From contig JBEKES010000030.1 of the NCBI GenBank assembly GCA_050013715.1, positions 1-10,950 of the forward strand: a stretch of 10,950 nucleotides of DNA, written 5' to 3'. How positions within the stretch are numbered: position 1 is the stretch's first letter; every line of letters starts with the position of its first letter. The position numbers and the translations under genes were made by a program. The notes below the pieces were generated by a model. It did no database searches. It was not told the DNA's origin and saw only the letters and a list, made by a program, of their open reading frames with translations. This DNA is from Candidatus Micrarchaeaceae archaeon (lineage in GTDB: Archaea; Micrarchaeota; Micrarchaeia; Micrarchaeales; Micrarchaeaceae). Shown piece by piece: positions 1 through 5,684 of this stretch.

Positions 1-822
1 CCTTATCAACTGTTCTGTTGTTTCCATGTTTTCAACCAACGCGTTTTTAAGGTTTGAGTTGGTGTGTTCAAGCGCGTTTGCTGCTTCCTTGCTGTCGAAT
101 ATGTCCCCCCTTGAATTTGCAAACTCTATCTCCTTTATCAATGCGAGTAAATTCCAGTAGGGCTTGGATACAAATTTGCTTATCTCCAGTTCGCGCTTTG
201 CAAGCATTGCCAGTGTTGGCCCCTGCACTCTTCCTATGCTGAGCGAACGCACGAACTTGGTTCCGGCCAATGCGCTTGTCAATGCCCTGCTGAGGTTGAT
301 GCCCCAAAGCCAATCCAGCATGTGGCGCACTTCACCTGCATAGAAATTGTTCATGTCCAATGGCATAAGATTCTCATAGGCGTTTTTAAGGTCAGGAATT
401 GTGGTGGTTGAGAATTTCATGCGCCTTGCCTTGTGCTCGAGGTCTCCTCCCAGGAATTTTATTATATTGGTTCCTATTACTGTTCCTTCTATGTCGAAGT
501 CGCAGGCATTTATGTAGGAATCGCACCTTTTTGCAAGTATCTTGAACACATCAAGGTATTTCTTAGTGTAATAGGAATTTTTGCCGACTTCGTAGGAAGC
601 TGCCCATTCCACTTTAAGAACAGGATAACCTTTCTTCTCATCTGCCTGTCTTATGGTGAATATGTGTCCAACTGCTGCCGCAATGTAGATCTTGCCTTTG
701 CTGTCGTCTATTTCATAGTAATTAACTCCGTTGAGATTGATTCTTCTTTGGGCGTTGTTTCCCAATGCGATTGCTAAACGCAGCGCAACGCTTGGTTTCT
801 CTGCTACTATAAGTGTATCCAA
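1..822 (-). CDS. topA: Type IA DNA topoisomerase (archaeal TopA/Topo III), 5' part; runs off the left edge
   Basis: Not in the ORF track; translated by hand. TTG at 820-822 (alternative TTG at 823-825) gives (M)DTLIVAEKPSVALRLA (TOPRIM AEKP), AAVGHIF, NACDFDIEGTVIG (DxDxEG), RHMLDWLWGINLSRAL and SIGRVQGPTLAML (GRVQ motif). The frame stays open to position 1. Confidence 0.96.
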   Translation of the reverse strand, partial: MDTLIVAEKPSVALRLAIALGNNAQRRINLNGVNYYEIDDSKGKIYIAAAVGHIFTIRQADEKKGYPVLKVEWAASYEVGKNSYYTKKYLDVFKILAKRCDSYINACDFDIEGTVIGTNIIKFLGGDLEHKARRMKFSTTTIPDLKNAYENLMPLDMNNFYAGEVRHMLDWLWGINLSRALTSALAGTKFVRSLSIGRVQGPTLAMLAKRELEISKFVSKPYWNLLALIKEIEFANSRGDIFDSKEAANALEHTNSNLKNALVENMETTEQLIR

Positions 823-834
823 CAAATGACCCAA

Positions 835-1053
835 CTAGCTTCTTCCTGAAGCCCTTCTAGAACCAGCCTTTTTTGTAATAGTATCTTCAGTTAAGGATAT
901 AAGCCAAGCATTGTAGAATCCGATAATCATAGTCATTACGACTACTACGTAAAATACCAAACTACTACCAGAATATATAAATAAGGCAACAGCCAATATA
1001 CCAAGTATTACCGTTACAAATGAGGTTATTAGCTCCTTAGCAAGCTTTTTCAA
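835..1053 (-). CDS. Small membrane protein of unknown function (72 aa, two predicted TM helices, basic tail)
   Basis: TTG start, two hydrophobic stretches (ITSFVTVILGILAVALFIY; LVFYVVVVMTMIIGFYNAWLI) and a basic C-terminus. It fills the gap upstream of topA in the same orientation. Confidence 0.7.
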   Translation of the reverse strand: MKKLAKELITSFVTVILGILAVALFIYSGSSLVFYVVVVMTMIIGFYNAWLISLTEDTITKKAGSRRASGRS

Positions 1054-1071
1054 AAGACCACTAATGATTCC

Positions 1072-1428
1072 ATGAATATTTACCTGGTTATATTTTTAAC
1101 ACTTATTGCAGCGCTTATTTCTTCCTTTTCACAGCTTCTCTTCAAGAAAGGCATAAAGAAAAGATTGGACAGCGTATACGAAATACTTGGCCTTCTCCTA
1201 AACAAGACCGTGCTCATAGGCCTTTGCGGATATCTTGCAAGTTTTCTAATCTATCTTTACGTGCTTTCAACTTCACAATTATCAATAGTGTTTCCCATAT
1301 TCGCAAGCTCGTTCATATTCGTTACCATAATAAGCGCAGTTACCTTGAAGGAAAAGGTAACCTTGATAAGGGTTGTTGGCGTATTGCTCATATTCTTCGG
1401 CATAACCATGGTTGCATTGACTGTATAG
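1072..1428 (+). CDS. Small DMT/EamA-SMR family membrane protein (ArnE/ArnF-like), subunit 1
   Basis: 118 aa with four hydrophobic segments; SQLLFKKG, LSIVFPI and LKEKVTLIRVVGVLLIFFGI match the EamA/SMR C-terminal pattern E.....r..G..lI..G. Confidence 0.88.
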   Translation: MNIYLVIFLTLIAALISSFSQLLFKKGIKKRLDSVYEILGLLLNKTVLIGLCGYLASFLIYLYVLSTSQLSIVFPIFASSFIFVTIISAVTLKEKVTLIRVVGVLLIFFGITMVALTV

Positions 1429-1438
1429 GGTGTAATAT

Positions 1439-1768
1439 TTGAAAGACAGCAAAAAAATATTTTTGATTCTTCTCGTTGTTTCTACAGTATTGGGAGGAAT
1501 AGGCCAATTTCTTTTCAAATACGCCTTTATCGACCATAATCTAGATATTACCATTGCGTTAGGATTGGGAGTATACGCAATTTCAACAGCAATATACTTC
1601 TACGTGCTTAGCAGAGTACATTTGTCCTGGGCCTACGGGCTCAGCGGAATTAGTTATATACTTGCAGTCATATTCGCCGCAACGCTTCTTGCAGAGCATG
1701 TGTCTCCGTTGCGTTGGGCAGGAGTATTGGTAATAGCAATAGGGGTTGTATGCGTAAGCCTGAGCTAA
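1439..1768 (+). CDS. Small DMT/EamA-SMR family membrane protein (ArnE/ArnF-like), subunit 2
   Basis: 109 aa with four TM segments; GQFLFK, LSRVHLSWAYGL and LAEHVSPLRWAGVLVIAIGV. TTG start preceded by GGTG (1429-1432). Confidence 0.88.
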   Translation: MKDSKKIFLILLVVSTVLGGIGQFLFKYAFIDHNLDITIALGLGVYAISTAIYFYVLSRVHLSWAYGLSGISYILAVIFAATLLAEHVSPLRWAGVLVIAIGVVCVSLS

Positions 1769-1788
1769 TGCATAGTAGTTAAATACTG

Positions 1789-1796
1789 TTTTAATA
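1789..1796 (+). promoter_or_regulatory. Possible TATA box for the 1815 gene (probably leaderless)
   Basis: TTTTAATA about 19-26 nt upstream of the ATG at 1815, with no SD motif. The region is AT-rich, so the signal is weak. Confidence 0.3.
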
Positions 1797-1814
1797 AATA
1801 GTAAATCAGATAAA

Positions 1815-2186
1815 ATGGACTCTGTTACTAAAGCTGCAACTGTGAAAAGTGGTGGCAACGGAAAAGTCAAAATTGACCTATTGGATCTAGTCAGGAAATG
1901 TAGCGACTATATGCATCAAACCGTATTATTCGATGCTGTAATATCTACATTGGCAAGGCCAGATAAAGATTCAAAAGAAAAGGTTACTGGTTTCATGTCA
2001 ACTACTGCTGGATACCTATGTGCTGAAATAAAGGTAAATCCAGAAATTGCCGTATCTTTAAGGGATAGATACGCGCATCAGCTTTGCGAAATTAATCTAG
2101 AAATAGAAGGTACAGTTATCGGCATCGAAAAAGGCGTGTTCATGCCAATAATAGATATCATACGTTGGAAACCCTTAGAACTATAA
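1815..2186 (+). CDS. Hypothetical protein (123 aa)
   Basis: ATG-started ORF filling the space between AT-rich spacers, with a globular-looking composition. No motif recognised. Confidence 0.75.
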   Translation: MDSVTKAATVKSGGNGKVKIDLLDLVRKCSDYMHQTVLFDAVISTLARPDKDSKEKVTGFMSTTAGYLCAEIKVNPEIAVSLRDRYAHQLCEINLEIEGTVIGIEKGVFMPIIDIIRWKPLEL

Positions 2187-2236
2187 AAATAATGACACTA
2201 CCAAACAAATAAATATCTCCTAATAAAGATAAATAA

Positions 2237-3361
2237 GTGATAAAAATGGTTACGACGGAGAAAGCTTCCACGCTGGAAAAACCTAATACCAAACACATAG
2301 ATGTTCATGTGCATTGCAGGGATTGGGGTGAAACGCACAAAGCAACAATAAGAGAAGTCATGCAACTTGCAAGAAGTCAAGGGATAGTCGCAATAGGTGA
2401 TATGCCAAATACAAAAATGACTGTTGAGCAATTATTAGGATTACCAGAAATGAAGAATTATCCCACGCATTTTATACAGAAATTAATTCAACAAGTAATG
2501 GGATTCAAAGGCGGCATAGTAACTAGTGAATTAGTTGATTTAAGACTTAAAACAGCAGAAAGAGAAGGATCTTTAGACGGTTATTACCTACACATAGGTG
2601 CTACCAAATACGAATTGCAAATAGTTGAAGCTGCAAAAGTCGCAACAGAAAATCCAAGAGTATTAGGAATAAAGGATTTTTACGGAAAATCAACCAATAA
2701 TCTTTCAATACTTGAAATGGATGAGCAAAAACATATGTTCCAAATATTAACAAGGGAAGGCTATGGCGGTGTTGTTACTTTGCATTGTGAGAAAGAAGAG
2801 TTAGCCAGACCAGGTTTATGGAATCCAAGAATACCTGCTAGCTGGAATGAGGCAAAGCCACCCATCATGGAATTGTTTGGAGTATTAGATATAATACAAA
2901 TTGTTAGAGAAACAGGTTTTAAAGGTCACGTGCATATTGCACACATCTCAACACCTCAATCCGTTGAATTTGTATACGAGGCCAAAAAAAGTGGTATGCG
3001 TATAAGCTGTGGAACTACACCTCATCACAATACTTTTTCAACTGAAGATATGCAATCACCTGAGGGTATGAAATACAAGGTTAACCCTCCAATTAGGTAC
3101 AAGTATATGATGCTGGAATTAAGGCAACAATTGAGAGATGGCAAAATCGATATAATCGAAACAGATAATGCACCACATACACCACAAGAAAAGACATATG
3201 ATCCAAGCAAACCAAACGAGTTCTTCATGTCTGGCATAAGAAGTTTGGATAATTATTCCACTTTCATACAGGGTTTGTTCAGTGAAGGAGTTACTACAGA
3301 ACAAATAGAAAAATTAACGTATTTGAACGTGAAAAAAATATTCCCAAAAATAGTTCAATAA
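2237..3361 (+). CDS. pyrC: Dihydroorotase (amidohydrolase superfamily), divergent; start may be ATG 2246
   Basis: IDVHVHCRD (HxHxR), DMPNT, GIKDF (probable carboxylated Lys), LHCE, HIAHIS, TPHH, KVNPPIR and TDNAPH. Lies directly upstream of a DHO dehydrogenase. Confidence 0.88.
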   Translation: MIKMVTTEKASTLEKPNTKHIDVHVHCRDWGETHKATIREVMQLARSQGIVAIGDMPNTKMTVEQLLGLPEMKNYPTHFIQKLIQQVMGFKGGIVTSELVDLRLKTAEREGSLDGYYLHIGATKYELQIVEAAKVATENPRVLGIKDFYGKSTNNLSILEMDEQKHMFQILTREGYGGVVTLHCEKEELARPGLWNPRIPASWNEAKPPIMELFGVLDIIQIVRETGFKGHVHIAHISTPQSVEFVYEAKKSGMRISCGTTPHHNTFSTEDMQSPEGMKYKVNPPIRYKYMMLELRQQLRDGKIDIIETDNAPHTPQEKTYDPSKPNEFFMSGIRSLDNYSTFIQGLFSEGVTTEQIEKLTYLNVKKIFPKIVQ

Positions 3362-3369
3362 GTGAGGAT

Positions 3370-4632
3370 ATGCTTTCAACCCAAACTAAAGATGAAAAAC
3401 AAGAGAATATCACTCCAAAACTAACCATTTCTGAGAAAGTAAAACTTTTGAGAGGAGCAGTAGATTATGAATATTTCCATAATATAGTAAGGCCAATGCT
3501 CTATCAAAAATGCAGCGAAGATCCAAAATTAGTTAGGGAAGGACTTCCCGAATCTGTTCACGAGCTTATACTAGATTCTTTGCATGAAAATGCATGGGCG
3601 ACCAGATTCATAGCACCTTTCTTCAAGGCTCCGGAAAATGTTATCATAACAATAAAAGAGAAGCGCTGGGTTCCTTTTGGAACTGCCGCTGGCGTTGATA
3701 AGAATTGCCTTGCACTTGAAGCATTTGGAAATATTTTCGGTTTTCAGGAACCAGGAACTGTTATAATTCCTGGAAGAAAGGGAAACGATAAACCAAGAGT
3801 AGCTGTAAGCGAAAAGGATCAAGATATCTACAACGCACAGGGTTTTCCTAGCGATGGTGTTGAAAAATCAAGCAAAAGGCTTTCTGATTACAGGGAAAAT
3901 GGCGGAAACGCAAAAATAATTGTAAGCATATGCGGCCTTCCACTTGATGATTCTAAAGTTTCTGAAGAAGTTGCAGTTGGAAGAGCACTGGATGAAATAT
4001 TAGATTTGATAGAAAAATTGCCAAATGTTCAAGGCTATGTGTGGAACCCTTTCTCTCCAAATACTGCATCATTGAAAATGCTGAGAAAACCTAGCACATT
4101 CCACAGGGTAGCATTAATGCTTCAGGTTTTTGAATATCAACTAAAATTAGTGAAAATGGGCCCCTACGAAAAGCAGGAAAAAGACGATGCACTTGCATTG
4201 ATGAATGCTTTCATATCTGGCGGAGGCGATGGTGTTGTTACCACAAACACGAAAATGTTTCCAAAGGAGCAGCTTCCATATTCTATAAAAGATACTTGGG
4301 GTTATCAAAGTGCAGGAAGAAGCGGAAGATTCCTACGAAACTACAGAATGCGAAGCGTAATGGACATAAGAAAAGCATTCCCTAATTCAACAATAGTTGC
4401 AACGGGTGGCATATTTGATGCAAACGATGCGTTTGAAACTTTTGTTGCAGGTGCAAACCTGCTTGAGGGATATACACCCTATGCCTACTACGGACCAGGA
4501 TTGGTTAGGTATTTGATGCATGGCGTTTCAGAAAGACTAAGTATAAATGGAGTGACTCTAGAGCAATTGCAGCAGGAAGTAAAAAAATACGCGCTCAAAG
4601 GAAAAGATTTTTCTGATTATAAGCTTAGATAA
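3370..4632 (+). CDS. pyrD: Dihydroorotate dehydrogenase, class 2 (quinone-type)
   Basis: N-terminal RPMLY...PESVHE helices, AAGVDKN, GTV, GNDKPR, NAQGF, NPFSPNT (catalytic Ser), VKMGP, TTNT, GRSG, TGGI and YTPYAYYGP. GAGG SD before the ATG. Confidence 0.9.
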   Translation: MLSTQTKDEKQENITPKLTISEKVKLLRGAVDYEYFHNIVRPMLYQKCSEDPKLVREGLPESVHELILDSLHENAWATRFIAPFFKAPENVIITIKEKRWVPFGTAAGVDKNCLALEAFGNIFGFQEPGTVIIPGRKGNDKPRVAVSEKDQDIYNAQGFPSDGVEKSSKRLSDYRENGGNAKIIVSICGLPLDDSKVSEEVAVGRALDEILDLIEKLPNVQGYVWNPFSPNTASLKMLRKPSTFHRVALMLQVFEYQLKLVKMGPYEKQEKDDALALMNAFISGGGDGVVTTNTKMFPKEQLPYSIKDTWGYQSAGRSGRFLRNYRMRSVMDIRKAFPNSTIVATGGIFDANDAFETFVAGANLLEGYTPYAYYGPGLVRYLMHGVSERLSINGVTLEQLQQEVKKYALKGKDFSDYKLR

Positions 4633-4640
4633 TAAGGCAA

Positions 4641-5207
4641 TCAGCTCATTTGAAGGGTCTTTACCTCTATTTTATGGAGAGGCGCAATGTGCTTTAGCTT
4701 TGATGCAAGTTCAGCCTGCATCTTACCCTCTATTATTGAGTTTATTACCGTGTTGGCGTCCCTTTCCTTGCACAGGTTTAGCGTTATGTCATTCATTTCC
4801 TTTCTAATGCCCACGATTCTGCTGTGCGTTGTTCTTGACTTTGTTATTACGAGAAGCTTGACAACCATCTTAACTCCATCGCTTGTCTCAACGGGCAACA
4901 CGAGCGTTGCAACGCTTTTGTATCTTCGTACCAATGACCTTATGTAGCTGTATAATTGTGAAATCTCAACGAGCTTTGTATGTGCCGCATTTCCGTTCAC
5001 ATCTGTTATCTTAAGCACAACATTGGTATAGGCGTGGGAAGGGTTCCTTGTGAGCACGTCCAATCCGACAACTATCTTTCTTCCTATGGCTGCTGCGTCA
5101 TCGTTTGCTGGCATTTCGCCTATCATTGCTTCGTTGAATACTTTCGGAGCATAAATGGAAAACCATTTCTTAAGTTTCCAATTATCTGTTTTCTTTTGCA
5201 ATGCCAT
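4641..5207 (-). CDS. rps3ae: 30S ribosomal protein S3Ae (eS1)
   Basis: DNWKLKKWFSIYAPKVF, IGRKIVVGLDVLT, YIRSLVRR and HIAPLHKIEVK are eS1 signatures. Confidence 0.96.
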   Translation of the reverse strand: MALQKKTDNWKLKKWFSIYAPKVFNEAMIGEMPANDDAAAIGRKIVVGLDVLTRNPSHAYTNVVLKITDVNGNAAHTKLVEISQLYSYIRSLVRRYKSVATLVLPVETSDGVKMVVKLLVITKSRTTHSRIVGIRKEMNDITLNLCKERDANTVINSIIEGKMQAELASKLKHIAPLHKIEVKTLQMS

Positions 5208-5211
5208 ATCA

Positions 5212-5673
5212 TCAACCTGATCTCTTTATGAGCAATTCTGCCTGCTTCAAATCATATCTCCAGCCAACCGGAAGTGCTCCTGTCCTTATGTAGTATTTGG
5301 TAAGCCTCCATATCTTTGATTCAATTCTTCTTAATCGTATTGTATTGTTCTTGTCCTGCTTGTTCTTTGCTATATGCGCATTCATGTTTACTGCTTTCTT
5401 CATGAGGTCCATAAGATCTGCAGGTATGGGCGCCTTGATCCCTTGCTCTTCGAGTATTTGAACAAGTCTCTTTCCCATGTAATGCTTTACATAAGGGATG
5501 CCATGCTCTTCTTTTAACTTCAATCCTATTCTTGACGGCTCCATGCCCTGCTTTGCGTAATTGACTATTATCTCTTCTATCTGCTTCTTGTCTATGCTTT
5601 TCTCTGGCACTAGCTCAGGAAGAGGTTTTCTCGACTTTGATTTTCCATGTTTCTTGGAATGCATTCTAGCCAT
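5212..5673 (-). CDS. rps15: 30S ribosomal protein S15 (uS15, archaeal S13e-like)
   Basis: MARMHSKKHGKSKS, PSRIGLKLKEEHGIP and IESKIWRLTKYY...LPVGWRY. The conserved MARMH N-terminus places the start at 5673, not 5685. Confidence 0.97.
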   Translation of the reverse strand: MARMHSKKHGKSKSRKPLPELVPEKSIDKKQIEEIIVNYAKQGMEPSRIGLKLKEEHGIPYVKHYMGKRLVQILEEQGIKAPIPADLMDLMKKAVNMNAHIAKNKQDKNNTIRLRRIESKIWRLTKYYIRTGALPVGWRYDLKQAELLIKRSG

Positions 5674-5684
5674 TGAACAACACA

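Noticed and set aside
54..777. Tracked ORFs 54-242 (+), 68-313 (-) and 433-777 (+)
   Set aside because: Shadow frames of topA, which occupies 1-822 on the minus strand with clear motifs.
835..1428. Amber (TAG) recoding or an alternative genetic code
   Set aside because: TAG ends DMT subunit 1 at the expected family length, TGA ends rps15 and rps3ae normally, and no conserved gene has an internal stop.
1815..2186. 123-aa protein as PyrI, PyrK or PyrR
   Set aside because: It lacks the four-Cys zinc site of PyrI, the Fe-S/FAD motifs of PyrK and the PRPP-binding motif of PyrR.
2417..2512. pyrC insertion as an intron or intein
   Set aside because: It is in frame with no stops and reads as amphipathic helices. 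It is far too short for an intein and lacks C/S...HN ends. I found no convincing bulge-helix-bulge pairing at its borders.
1224..3822. Alternative-frame and antisense ORFs over the DMT pair, pyrC and pyrD (1224-1442, 1282-1554, 1583-1870, 2198-2431, 3025-3237, 3119-3304, 3571-3822)
   Set aside because: They overlap well-supported genes and have no motifs or credible initiation signals.
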